The position numbers were made by a program, and so were the translations under genes. DNA of 24,000 bases from an uncultured Solirubrobacterales bacterium (lineage in GTDB: Bacteria; Actinomycetota; Thermoleophilia; Solirubrobacterales; Thermoleophilaceae), in NCBI GenBank assembly GCA_963750365.1, contig CAVVQE010000001.1, forward strand, positions 463,866 to 487,865, written 5' to 3'. Positions within the stretch are counted from its first letter, which is position 1. Every line of letters starts with the position of its first letter. The notes beneath the pieces were generated by a model, which was not told where the DNA came from, ran no database searches, and worked only from the letters and a program-made list of their open reading frames with translations. Shown here piece after piece: positions 15,180-23,756 of the stretch.

Positions 15180-15410
15180 TCAGCTGCGCTCGATCTCGGA
15201 GTGGAGCTTGAGCACGCGGCTGCCGTCGTCCTGCTCGATCAGGTAGGCGGGGCAGCGCTCGCTGCCGTTCTTGACGATCTTCGAGCCCTTGATGGTGCGC
15301 TGCACGCGGCGCGTGAAGCTGTCGGTCACGTGACCGTAGGCAGTGCCGTTGCCCCACGACCAGCGCACGTTGGAGCCCTTCTTGTACTTGCGCATGTCGG
15401 CGGTACGCAC
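15180..15410 (-). CDS. DUF2945 / HVA-Tudor-like small protein
   Basis: KKGSNVRWSWGNGTAYGHVTDSFTRRVQRTIKGSKIVKNGSERCPAYLIEQDDGSRVLKLHSEI matches the small DUF2945 family pattern (KKGD.V.W......G.V). The start is GTG 15410 or ATG 15395. Confidence 0.65.
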   Translation of the reverse strand: MRTADMRKYKKGSNVRWSWGNGTAYGHVTDSFTRRVQRTIKGSKIVKNGSERCPAYLIEQDDGSRVLKLHSEIERS

Positions 15411-15434
15411 GGCGGCGCCCGACCGGATTACGGC

Positions 15435-17363
15435 TCAGTACTCGCCGTCGTTGCGCGCGACCGTCTCGGGCTTTCGCCCGCAGGGGACCGGACTGACGGG
15501 GAGCCCGCTCTCGCCCGTTTCGGGCAGCCGCAGGCGGTAGCTGACCCCGCGCCGCAGGGGAGCGTGGCGGACGAACACCCCGCTCGCCGACGTGGCGAAC
15601 GCCTGCCGCGAATACGAGGCGCGCTTGCGTGCGCGTGCGCTGCTGGCGGTGGCGGCCTGGGTCCATACCGGGGCGGCGCCGACGCGCTGCTCCAGGATCA
15701 CGCGGTGAGCCGCCGACCCGGGCCGGACGTGCCCCCAGATCACGAGCCGGCGCTCGGTCCGGCTGCGTTTGGCGGACCGCCGCTTGCGCCCCTTCTTGGA
15801 CCGGCGCTTTGAGGACCGTCGCTTCGCCGCCGAGCGGCCGCGCACGCGCTTCTGCATCTTGCGGCCGCGGCGGCTCTTCGTGCGTGCTCCGCGCTTGTGC
15901 TTGCCGCTGCGGCGTTTGCCCCGGCGCTTGCCGCGGCGCTTGCGAGCCGGTCGCGCAGGACGGGTGGTCACACAGTCCACGAACAGCGCGAGCTTGAAGC
16001 TGGTGGCGGCCGGTTTGGGCGTTCCGTCCTCGAACAGCAGGCCGCTCTGGTAGTCGGCGTAGGGCCGGGCGCCGCGAGCGGCCTTCTCGGCGCTGACCAC
16101 CCCCAGGTCGCGGAGCAGGAACTGCGGCCAGCTGCGCACGCGCGGGTTCTTGTACGCCAGGTACTCGGCCCAGTTGAGAAAGCGCGCCTGCTGCTCCAGG
16201 CCGTAGGGCTTGTCGGGGTCGGGCGGGTTGGTCTCGTAGCCGAACTCGGTCAGATAGATGTTGGCCAGCCGCGGGCTTATCCGGCCCATGCCCGCGAGCC
16301 TGTCGAGCAGCTTGCTCAGGCGGTCCAGCGCGCCGATGCGGGCGGAGTCGGGGTTGCGGGGGTCCTGGAAGTCCGGGCGGTTGAGCAGCGAGTAGGGATG
16401 GTGGGCAAAGCCGTCGCCCTGGATCGGCCGGTAGCCCGCGCAGCGTGGCGCCGTGAGCGGGCGCAGCCGCTCGTCGACGCAGGCCAGCTCGCGGATGAAC
16501 TTCAGCGGCGGGATGCCGCTGGTGGTCTCCTTGGGGTTCTTGACCCCGAAGCTGGCCAGCCCGCCCACGAGCACCGTGCTGTCCGGCTGGAGCTGCTTGA
16601 TCAGGGGCTCGGATGCCTCGACCATGCGCCTGTACAGGTGGGGTGTGTTGGGCTCGAGCTGGCCGTTCGGTGCACGCGTGTACTGGGGCTGCAGGAAGCC
16701 GGGGTGGTTGGGCTCGTTCCAGATGGTCCACATGCTGACCTTGGGCAGCGGGCCGAGGGCTCCGGCCGGCGCGGGCGGCGGGGGTGCGGGCTGGCCGAGG
16801 GCTATGAGGGCGCCGAGCGGGCCCTCGAGGAGCTGTTGGTCGGGCTCACCGGCCGGCGTGGGCTCGGTATCGGCCACGGGCACGAAGTTGCCCGAGTAGC
16901 GCTTGACCACGGCCTCGGTGAACTGGGCGAAGGCGCCCGGATCGATGTCCCAGCGATGACGGCCGGGCGGGCCCTGCGGGTTGCCCGTGGTGGCCCAGCG
17001 CGGCGCCCAGAAGGCCAAGTCGATCATCACCGTCAGCCCGGCCTTGTTCGCGGCGATGACCGCGCGGTCCAGGCGACGCCAGTTCGCCCGCGGGTAGGCA
17101 TCGGGGTCGGTCAGCGCCAGCGCAGGGCGCTCGATGCTGTCGGCGTTGGGCGCGATGCTCGACCAGCCGGCGTTCAGGCGCACCCGGTCGACACCCAGCG
17201 CGCGCAGGTGCTGCATGCTCTGCGTGACCTGCTCGTCTGAGCGGAACAGCAGCTCGGCGTCGTCCTGCACGATCGTCTCGGGCGCCTCGCGCGCCTGGGC
17301 GGGCGCGGCCACGGCCAGGGACAGCAGGACAGCGGAGGTGAGGCGGAGGGCCAGCTGACGCAT
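15435..17363 (-). CDS. Secreted glycoside-hydrolase-like protein (clan GH-A TIM-barrel signatures) with a Pro-rich insert, a 72-aa polybasic insert and a C-terminal beta-rich domain
   Basis: Sec-type signal peptide MRQLALRLTSAVLLSLAVAAPAQA. Candidate acid/base motif MWTIWNEPNHP and nucleophile motif IYLTEFGYE, about 160 aa apart, as in GH5/GH39-like enzymes. G/C third-position bias holds throughout, including the basic segment. The family assignment is tentative. Confidence 0.6.
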   Translation of the reverse strand: MRQLALRLTSAVLLSLAVAAPAQAREAPETIVQDDAELLFRSDEQVTQSMQHLRALGVDRVRLNAGWSSIAPNADSIERPALALTDPDAYPRANWRRLDRAVIAANKAGLTVMIDLAFWAPRWATTGNPQGPPGRHRWDIDPGAFAQFTEAVVKRYSGNFVPVADTEPTPAGEPDQQLLEGPLGALIALGQPAPPPPAPAGALGPLPKVSMWTIWNEPNHPGFLQPQYTRAPNGQLEPNTPHLYRRMVEASEPLIKQLQPDSTVLVGGLASFGVKNPKETTSGIPPLKFIRELACVDERLRPLTAPRCAGYRPIQGDGFAHHPYSLLNRPDFQDPRNPDSARIGALDRLSKLLDRLAGMGRISPRLANIYLTEFGYETNPPDPDKPYGLEQQARFLNWAEYLAYKNPRVRSWPQFLLRDLGVVSAEKAARGARPYADYQSGLLFEDGTPKPAATSFKLALFVDCVTTRPARPARKRRGKRRGKRRSGKHKRGARTKSRRGRKMQKRVRGRSAAKRRSSKRRSKKGRKRRSAKRSRTERRLVIWGHVRPGSAAHRVILEQRVGAAPVWTQAATASSARARKRASYSRQAFATSASGVFVRHAPLRRGVSYRLRLPETGESGLPVSPVPCGRKPETVARNDGEY

Positions 17364-17443
17364 ACCCGCGTCGGTTCGCCATCGGGGGCCGGGAACTGAA
17401 ACCGCGGCCCGGATCGCGGACGCATTGTGGGGCGCCGGCTACG

Positions 17444-19087
17444 TCAGATGTCCAGATCAGGGGCCACGACGGGGAGCGTGACGGCCGTCGCGTGGGTGCC
17501 CTCGTGCAGCACCTCCATCCGCACCGCCCGCATCCGCTCGGCGGTTGCCAGCTCCTCGCCGGTGCCCAGGTTGCGCGCGTAGCGGGGATGGGCACCGCTC
17601 GAGATCTGCAGCCGGATCCGGTGCCCGGCCTTGAACCGCCGCGCCGTGGGCCAGAGGTCCAGCCCGACCGCGTGTACCCCTTCCTCGTCCGGGTCGAACG
17701 TGCCGGGCTCCACACGCGCGAGTACGTCGCAGACGTTCAGCGAGGTTCCCGAGGGCAGCACGTCGCAGAGCCGGGCGAAGACGTCGAAGTACGACCCGTC
17801 GGCGCGTACGTGCGCGACCGCCGACACCGGGCCGATCACGTCCAGGTCGCGCTCCAGCGGCTCGCTGGTGAACACCAGCACGTCGTCGCGCGCCTCTAGC
17901 TCGCGATTGTCGGCGACCGGCTGGCGCGCCAGCAGCGTCGGCCCGCCCAGCGACGGCGTCGGGTGGGCTGGGTCGTAGGTGTAGGCGCGGCCGCCCTCGT
18001 CAGGTCCCGGTCGCTCAGCCGTGAGCTGCCCTCCGGCGCGCGCATGAAGCACACGCGCCTGGGCCGGCGGCGGCCAGCTGTCCATGCTGAGCCACTCGCG
18101 CGCCCCGGCCAGCCAGATCCGTACGGGCGCAGAGTCGACCAGGCGGTGGTCGTCGAGCAGATGGGCGCGCAGCCACGCGATGCCCTCGCGGGCGCTGACC
18201 CGTGCCAGCTCGGGAGAGGTATGCGCCCACGGGCCGACCACCAGCTGAGGCGAGCGCCCCGCGCCCTGGAGCGCGACGAAGTCCTCGAGCATCCACGGCA
18301 GGAAGATGTCCGACCAGCCCCCCACGAGCTGCACCGGCGCGGTCACGTCGGCCACACCGGCGGAGTGGTCGCGGGCTGTCCAGTAGGGATCGTCGGCGGT
18401 CGTGTGGGCGAGCCAGTCGGCGTAGAAGGGCACCGAGTCGCCCGCCGCCAGCGCGTCCAGGCCGCCGACCGGGAGCTGGTCGATCACGCCGGGCAGCGCC
18501 CGCAGCCGTCGCACCATGTGCAGCGGCGCCCCGCGGCGCTCCTGCACCGCCATCATCGTGACCCACGACAGCCCCGTCTCGAGCGAGATGGCGCCGCTGC
18601 CCATGGCCTGGCCGTGGAAGTTGGACGCCGTGACAGACGGCGCCAGCGCGGCCAGCGCGTCCCCGGCGCCGCGGGCCACCGCCCACTGGGTCAGGCCCAG
18701 GTAGCTGGGGCCGGTCATGCCGATGCCGCCCTGATGCCACGGCTGCCCGGACAGCCACTCGATCGTGGCCAGCCCGTCGTCGCGCTCGTCGAAGGGGTCG
18801 AACGAGCCGCCCGAGCCGAACGTGCCGCGGACGCTCTGGACCACGGTCTGGAGCCCGCGCTCGGCCAGCAGTCGCCCGAACAGGAGTCCCACGGGGCCGC
18901 GCCGGCCGTACGGCGAGCGCACCAGCACCGTCGGCGAGGGCGCCTCGGGCTTGGGCGCGTAGCGGTCGGCCAGGAGCATCGCGCCATCGGGCATCGGCAC
19001 CTCCAGGTCGCGCTGGACCACCACGTCGCGGCTGAGCGGGCGCGGCAGGCCCATCGCGCGCCCTGCCGCTTCGCTGGCGATGGTCAT
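17444..19087 (-). CDS. CocE/NonD family hydrolase (S15 X-Pro dipeptidyl-peptidase-like)
   Basis: VPMPDGAMLLADRYAP...VLVRSPYGR..., the nucleophile motif IGMTGPSYLGLTQW (GxSYxG) and a C-terminal beta-sandwich region (RIRLQISSGAHPRYARN) are typical of the family. I prefer ATG 19087 to the track start at 19168. Confidence 0.85.
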   Translation of the reverse strand: MTIASEAAGRAMGLPRPLSRDVVVQRDLEVPMPDGAMLLADRYAPKPEAPSPTVLVRSPYGRRGPVGLLFGRLLAERGLQTVVQSVRGTFGSGGSFDPFDERDDGLATIEWLSGQPWHQGGIGMTGPSYLGLTQWAVARGAGDALAALAPSVTASNFHGQAMGSGAISLETGLSWVTMMAVQERRGAPLHMVRRLRALPGVIDQLPVGGLDALAAGDSVPFYADWLAHTTADDPYWTARDHSAGVADVTAPVQLVGGWSDIFLPWMLEDFVALQGAGRSPQLVVGPWAHTSPELARVSAREGIAWLRAHLLDDHRLVDSAPVRIWLAGAREWLSMDSWPPPAQARVLHARAGGQLTAERPGPDEGGRAYTYDPAHPTPSLGGPTLLARQPVADNRELEARDDVLVFTSEPLERDLDVIGPVSAVAHVRADGSYFDVFARLCDVLPSGTSLNVCDVLARVEPGTFDPDEEGVHAVGLDLWPTARRFKAGHRIRLQISSGAHPRYARNLGTGEELATAERMRAVRMEVLHEGTHATAVTLPVVAPDLDI

Positions 19088-19139
19088 CGCTCGTGATTGT
19101 GGCGGAGCGGGCGGAGGTGCACGGCGTAGAGTCGCTGCG

Positions 19140-19748
19140 ATGGGCCTGCTGGACGACCACGCCGCCATCCTCTGCGACCTGGACGGCGTCCTGGTGGACT
19201 CGGACGCCGCGATCGAGCGCGGCTACGACCAGTGGGCCGACGGCCACGGCCTGGACCGCGCGCTGGTGCGCTCGCTGTACCCCGGCACACCGGCCCGCCA
19301 GGTGGCCGAACAGGCCGCGCCGTGGCTGGACGCGGACGCCGAGGCCGAGCGCATCGACCGCATCCACCTGGCTCACGGCGACCACGTGCGGGCATTGGCC
19401 GGGGCCGCCGACCTGCTGGACGAGCCGCCCCTGCCGCTGGCCGTGGTGACCTCGTGCAGCCGGCAGCTGGCGGCCGCGCGCTTTCAGGCCTCGGGCCTGA
19501 GCGCTCCCGAGGTGGTCGTGACCGCCGACGACGTGGCGGTGGGAAAGCCCGATCCGGCCGCCTACCTGGCCGCGGCCCGCCGGCTCGGCGCCGGGCCCGG
19601 CGCCTGCATGGTCATCGAGGACGCGCCGGCCGGGGTGGCGGCCGGCAAGGCAGCCGGCATGACGGTGCTGGCGCTGACCACCACCCACGGCGCGGAGGAG
19701 CTGTCCGCGGCCGACCATCTGGCCGCCGACCTGACCGTGCTGGGCTAG
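19140..19748 (+). CDS. HAD-IA family hydrolase (phosphatase / beta-phosphoglucomutase-like)
   Basis: HAD motif I is ILCDLDGVLVDS, motif II VVTS, motif III GKPDP and motif IV VIEDAPAGVAAGKAAGM. Start at ATG 19140, in frame within track ORF 19080..19748. Confidence 0.85.
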   Translation: MGLLDDHAAILCDLDGVLVDSDAAIERGYDQWADGHGLDRALVRSLYPGTPARQVAEQAAPWLDADAEAERIDRIHLAHGDHVRALAGAADLLDEPPLPLAVVTSCSRQLAAARFQASGLSAPEVVVTADDVAVGKPDPAAYLAAARRLGAGPGACMVIEDAPAGVAAGKAAGMTVLALTTTHGAEELSAADHLAADLTVLG

Positions 19749-20683
19749 CCCTCCTGCTCCTTGGCCTCCTGCGCTGCCGCGCGCTTGGCCTCCCGGCGCG
19801 CCCGGCGGCCGCCCGGCATGCGCCCCGCCATGCTGCTCAGCGGGGCGGCGGCGGTGCTCAGCTCCTCCGCCGACTCCTGCAGGCTTGTCACGCTCTGGCT
19901 GAGCGTGTCCAGCGCCGGCTCCAGGCGGCCGAGCTGGCTGCCGATGGACTCCACCTGGTTCTCCACGGCCTGGACGCGACCCGGCAGCTGGGGCAGCCCG
20001 CGGGTGGACTCGGCCAGGCTCTCCAGCGCGCTGGCCACCGTGGCCAGGCGCGTCAGGGAGTCGCCGAGGGCGCCCAGGGTCCGCAGCGTCTCCTCGAGCG
20101 CGCCGAGGCGCTGCAGCGTCACGTCCAGGTCGGCCAGGCGCGAGAGCGTCTCGGACAGGTCACCCAGGTGTGCCACGGGGCCGTCCTCGGCCAGCAGCTG
20201 TTCGATGCTGCCTCCGGGCTCCAGCAGCAGGTGCAGCGTGCCGTCGGGCCTGACCAGCCGGTCGATCGTGCCGTCCACGACAAGCATCTGGTCGATCAGC
20301 CCGCCCTCCACGAACAGGCGCTCCAGCACACCCTGCTCCTCGAGCACGCGGTCCAGCGTTCCGCCCTCGGCGGTCAGACGGTCCAGCGCACCACCTTCGG
20401 CCAGCAGCCGGTCCAAGGCGCCCCCCCTCGCCAGGAGGCGATCCAGCGGACCGCCTTCGGCGAGCAGCCGGTCGGCCACGCCATCCTCGGCCAGCAACCG
20501 GTCAAGCGGGCCGCCGTTGGCCAGGGCGCGGCCCAGCGGCTGGTCGTCGGCGGTGAGCATGGACAGCTGCTCGAGCCGTGCCAGCGGGCCGTCGGGATCG
20601 CCGAGGCGGCTCAGGCCGACCACCGCGTCGGCGGTTGCGGTCGCGGCGCGGAGCGGCAACAGCGCGTACGACATCAGCCCCAT
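19745..20683 (-). CDS. Hypothetical protein built from tandem decapeptide repeats (consensus D-R-L-L-A-E-G-G-x-L) with a helical Leu-periodic C-terminal half and a basic tail
   Basis: The ATG at 20683 lies 11 nt after the oxidoreductase stop (20695). The longer track ORF (to 21034) would overlap that gene by 340 nt. The 312-aa protein has strong G/C third-position bias, and I recognise no family, signal peptide or TM segment. Confidence 0.65.
   Translation of the reverse strand: MGLMSYALLPLRAATATADAVVGLSRLGDPDGPLARLEQLSMLTADDQPLGRALANGGPLDRLLAEDGVADRLLAEGGPLDRLLARGGALDRLLAEGGALDRLTAEGGTLDRVLEEQGVLERLFVEGGLIDQMLVVDGTIDRLVRPDGTLHLLLEPGGSIEQLLAEDGPVAHLGDLSETLSRLADLDVTLQRLGALEETLRTLGALGDSLTRLATVASALESLAESTRGLPQLPGRVQAVENQVESIGSQLGRLEPALDTLSQSVTSLQESAEELSTAAAPLSSMAGRMPGGRRARREAKRAAAQEAKEQEG
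20174..20533 (-). repeat. Twelve tandem 30-nt coding repeats (10-aa units) inside the repeat-protein gene
   Basis: Units, residues 51-170: GRALANGGPL / DRLLAEDGVA / DRLLAEGGPL / DRLLARGGAL / DRLLAEGGAL / DRLTAEGGTL / DRVLEEQGVL / ERLFVEGGLI / DQMLVVDGTI / DRLVRPDGTL / HLLLEPGGSI / EQLLAEDGPV. The DNA copies differ by many synonymous changes. Degenerate units of the same period continue on both sides, roughly 19994-20593. Confidence 0.85.
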
Positions 20684-20694
20684 GAGGGCCGAGC

Positions 20695-21714
20695 CTATCC
20701 GGGCTGCAGCGAAACCACCTGGCCCGTTCGCGCGCTGCGCCGGGCTGCTGCGATCACCCGCACCACCGCGGCCCCCTCGCTGGCGGACACCGGCATCGGC
20801 CCGCCGTCGCGCAGCGCGTCGCGCACGCCCGCGTAGAAGTCGGCGTAGTCGCCGGCCGGGGTGGGGATCAGCTGCTCGCCGCCGGCCTCGGTGACCAGCC
20901 GCAGCGCCGGATCGGGCGCGTCCTCCCCGCGCAGGCGCAGCTCCTGCGGGTCCAGGCCGTGTGACTCCAGCAGGCCGCCCAGGCCGGTCACGCGAAAGCG
21001 CGGGCCGGGCTCGATGGCCACGAGGCTCATCCACAGCTGCACGGTCGGCCCGTCGCCGAAGCCCAGCTGCACGTAGCTGTCGTCGTCAACGCGGGCGCCC
21101 TGGCGGCGGGTGTCCAGCCTGGCGAACACGGTGTCCGGAGCACCGAACAGCACCAGCGCCTGGTCGATCAGGTGGCTGCCGAGGTCCCACAGCAGCCCGC
21201 CGCCGTCGTCATCGGCCGCGGACTCACGCCAGCGCTCGGCCTGGACCGCGGGCCGCCAGCGCTCCCAGCGCGCCTCCAGCCGCAGCACGGGCGCGATCCG
21301 CTCGGCCAGCTCGCGCACGGCCAGGAAGTCGCCGTCCCAGCGGCGGTTGTGGAACACGGCCAGCGCCACGCCCGTCTCGGCGCTGAGCGCCACCAGCCGT
21401 TCGGCGTCCTGCTCGGCCACCGCCAGCGGCTTGTCGACCACCACCGGCAGGCCCGCCCGCAGCGAGCGCTCGGCCAGCTCGGCGTGGGCGCGGTTGGGAG
21501 CGGCCACCACCACCAGGTCGAAGCCGGCGGGGTCGGCCCAGATGGCGTCGGCGCCGTCCAGCACCGCGGCGCCCGGATGGTCGCGCGCCACGGCCGCGCG
21601 CCGGGTCGGGTCGGAGGTGACCACGGCGGCCAGCTCCATGCCCTCGGTGAGGGCGACCAGCGGGGCGTGCAGCCCGGCGCCGGCCGGGCCGTAGCCCACC
21701 AGCGCCGTGCGCAC
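20695..21714 (-). CDS. Gfo/Idh/MocA family NAD(P)-dependent oxidoreductase
   Basis: N-terminal Rossmann motif (V/M)RTALVGYGPAGAGLHAPLV, then AAPNRAHAELAERSLRAGLPVVVDKPLA, FHNRRWDGDF and the C-terminal alpha/beta domain. GTG 21714 is the likely start. In the track it is fused in frame to the permease N-terminus as a 753-aa ORF. Confidence 0.85.
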   Translation of the reverse strand: MRTALVGYGPAGAGLHAPLVALTEGMELAAVVTSDPTRRAAVARDHPGAAVLDGADAIWADPAGFDLVVVAAPNRAHAELAERSLRAGLPVVVDKPLAVAEQDAERLVALSAETGVALAVFHNRRWDGDFLAVRELAERIAPVLRLEARWERWRPAVQAERWRESAADDDGGGLLWDLGSHLIDQALVLFGAPDTVFARLDTRRQGARVDDDSYVQLGFGDGPTVQLWMSLVAIEPGPRFRVTGLGGLLESHGLDPQELRLRGEDAPDPALRLVTEAGGEQLIPTPAGDYADFYAGVRDALRDGGPMPVSASEGAAVVRVIAAARRSARTGQVVSLQPG

Positions 21715-21743
21715 GCCGCCGTGCTCGGCCCCTTGTGGTGTGG

Positions 21744-22956
21744 TCAGATTCTGCCTTCCGCCTGCCGTTGCCGGCGGGCCAGGGCGTCGACCACGACCGC
21801 GGCCAGCAGCACGCCGCCGGTGACCATGAACTTGACCGACGACTCCAGCGCCAGCAGGTCCATGCCGTTCGAGATCGAGCCGATGACCAGCGCGCCCAGC
21901 AGCGCCGACCACACCGAGCCGCGGCCGCCGAACAGGCTGGTGCCCGCGATGACGGGCCCGGCGATGGACAGCAGCAGCAGGTCCGAGCCGCCCGACGACT
22001 GGTTGACCGCCAGCAGCCGCGACGCGGCCAGGATGCCGCCGATGGCGGCCATGGCCCCTGCGATCGAGAACACGATCACGCGGATGCGGTTCACGTTGAT
22101 GCCCGCACGGCGGGCTGCCTCGGCGTTGCCGCCGACCGCGAACACGTGGCGGCCGAAGCGGGTGCGCGAGACCAGGTATTGCATTCCCAGCACGAAGCCC
22201 ATCAGGATCAGCACCGCCAGCGGCAGCCCGCGGTCGGAGTTGAAGATGGACACGGCCGCAAGCAGCGCCGCCGCCAGCACCACGATGCGAACCACCACGG
22301 GCGCGATCGCCTGGTCGGCCAGTCCCGCCTTCATGCGCGAGCGCAGGCCCCATAACGCGATCCCCGCGTAGCCCAGGATGGCCAGCACCGCCAGGCCCCA
22401 GCCGGTGGCGTCGTCGTAGAACGTGCCCGCCAGCCCGGTGATCTTGCCGTTGTTGATGTTCAGCGTGCCCGTGTCGCCCAGCACGTAGAGCAGCGCGCCC
22501 TGCCACGCCAGCAGGCCCGCCAGCGTGACCACGAACGAGGGCACGCCGAAGCCCGAGAAGAACATGCCCTGGACCACGCCCGACCGCAGCTCCGGCCGCC
22601 ACGCCGGCGGCGATGGCCAGGTACGGGTCCCAGCCGTGCTTGACGTTCAGCACGCCCATGATGGCCGCGCACAGGCCGCTGACCGCGCCGACCGACAGGT
22701 CGATCTCGCCAAGCAGCAGCACGTACACGATGCCCACGCTGATCAGGCCCACCGCCGTGATCTGCAGCATCAGGTTGGTCAGGTTGGCGGCGGTCAGGAA
22801 GTTGCTGTCCTGGGACTGGAAGATGGCCCAGATGACCACCAGCCCGAAGATCACCCGCACCGAGGCCAGGTCGCCCTGGACGACGCGCCGCAGGTAGCCC
22901 TCGCGGGCCTTGCCCTCGGTCTCCTCGCTCGTGGCTGTCGCACCCGCGGCGCTCAT
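21744..22956 (-). pseudogene. Sugar ABC transporter permease (CUT2, XylH-like), interrupted by an apparent +1 frameshift near 22575-22584
   Basis: The N-terminal 126 aa (ATG 22956) form a typical CUT2 permease start, ending ...NLTNLMLQITAVGLISVGIVYVLLLGEIDLSVGAVSGLCAAIMGVLN...LAIAAGVAAGAAVG. The continuation VVQGMFFSGFGVPSFVVTLAGLLAWQG... through to the stop at 21744 lies in the +1 frame (track ORF 21744..22577). Together they give about 404 aa, the normal size. Removing one nucleotide from GTCGGGCGTGGTC would restore AAVGVVQGMFF. Confidence 0.8.
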
Positions 22957-23732
22957 GACTTCGCCCCCTTCCCGTTCTCGTCACCGATGCCGGTGATGGC
23001 CCCGACCACCTGCTCACGGGTCACGTCGGCGACCTTGTAGTCGGCCGCCTCGCGGCCCAGGCGAAGGACCACGATCCGGTCCGCCACCTCGAACACGTCG
23101 GCCAGGTTGTGGCTGATCACGATCACCCCGAGCCCGCGCTCGCGCAATCGCTTGATCAGCGCCAGCACCTGGGCCGTCTGGGGCACGCCCAGCGCGGCTG
23201 TCGGCTCGTCGAGCATGACCAGCTTCGGGTCGCCGAGCAGCGACCGGGCCACCGCCACCTGCTGGCGCTGGCCGCCGGACATGGAGCCCACCTCCGAGCG
23301 CACGCTGGGAATCGTGACCGCCAGGTTCTCCAGCAGCTGGTGGGAGCGATGCTCCATGTTGACCTCGTCCAGGCGGTGGGTGGCCCGCCCGATCCCCGAG
23401 GACATCTCCTCGCGGCCGAGGAACAGGTTGGCCACCACGTCCAGGTTGTCGCACAGCGCCAGGTCCTGGTAGACGGTCGCGATGCCCAGGGCGCTTGCCT
23501 GCTGGGGGCTCGTGATCGAGACCTTCTGGCCGTCGACCGAGAACTCCCCCCCGTCGGGCGAGTGGATGCCGGCGATGGTCTTGACCAGCGTGGACTTGCC
23601 GGCGCCGTTGTCGCCCACCAGGGCGACGACCTCGCCCCGGTGCACGTCCAGGTCGACTCCGGCGAGTGCCTGCACCGCGCCAAACCGCTTCGTCACCCCC
23701 TTCAGCGAGAGCAGTGCACTGTCGGAACTCAT
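22953..23732 (-). CDS. Sugar ABC transporter ATP-binding protein (single NBD)
   Basis: Walker A GDNGAGKST, Q-loop VYQD, signature MSGGQRQQV, Walker B LVMLDEPTAAL and H-loop ISHN. Its stop overlaps the permease start (ATGA at 22953-22956). Confidence 0.9.
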   Translation of the reverse strand: MSSDSALLSLKGVTKRFGAVQALAGVDLDVHRGEVVALVGDNGAGKSTLVKTIAGIHSPDGGEFSVDGQKVSITSPQQASALGIATVYQDLALCDNLDVVANLFLGREEMSSGIGRATHRLDEVNMEHRSHQLLENLAVTIPSVRSEVGSMSGGQRQQVAVARSLLGDPKLVMLDEPTAALGVPQTAQVLALIKRLRERGLGVIVISHNLADVFEVADRIVVLRLGREAADYKVADVTREQVVGAITGIGDENGKGAKS

Positions 23733-23756
23733 CTCAGTCCTTTCCGCCGTGGGCGA

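Noticed and set aside
20174-20533. 30-nt periodic repeats considered as a possible CRISPR-like or satellite array
   Set aside because: There are no unique spacers between the repeats. The period is exactly 10 codons inside a long ORF with coding-type third-position bias, and copies differ mainly by synonymous changes. It is a protein repeat, not a CRISPR array.
20695-22956. 753-aa ORF in the track
   Set aside because: It is a composite of the permease N-terminus, an out-of-frame Arg/Gly/His-rich stretch overlapping the real permease frame (21744-22577), and the Gfo/Idh/MocA gene (20695-21714). No stop codon intervenes because of the high GC content.
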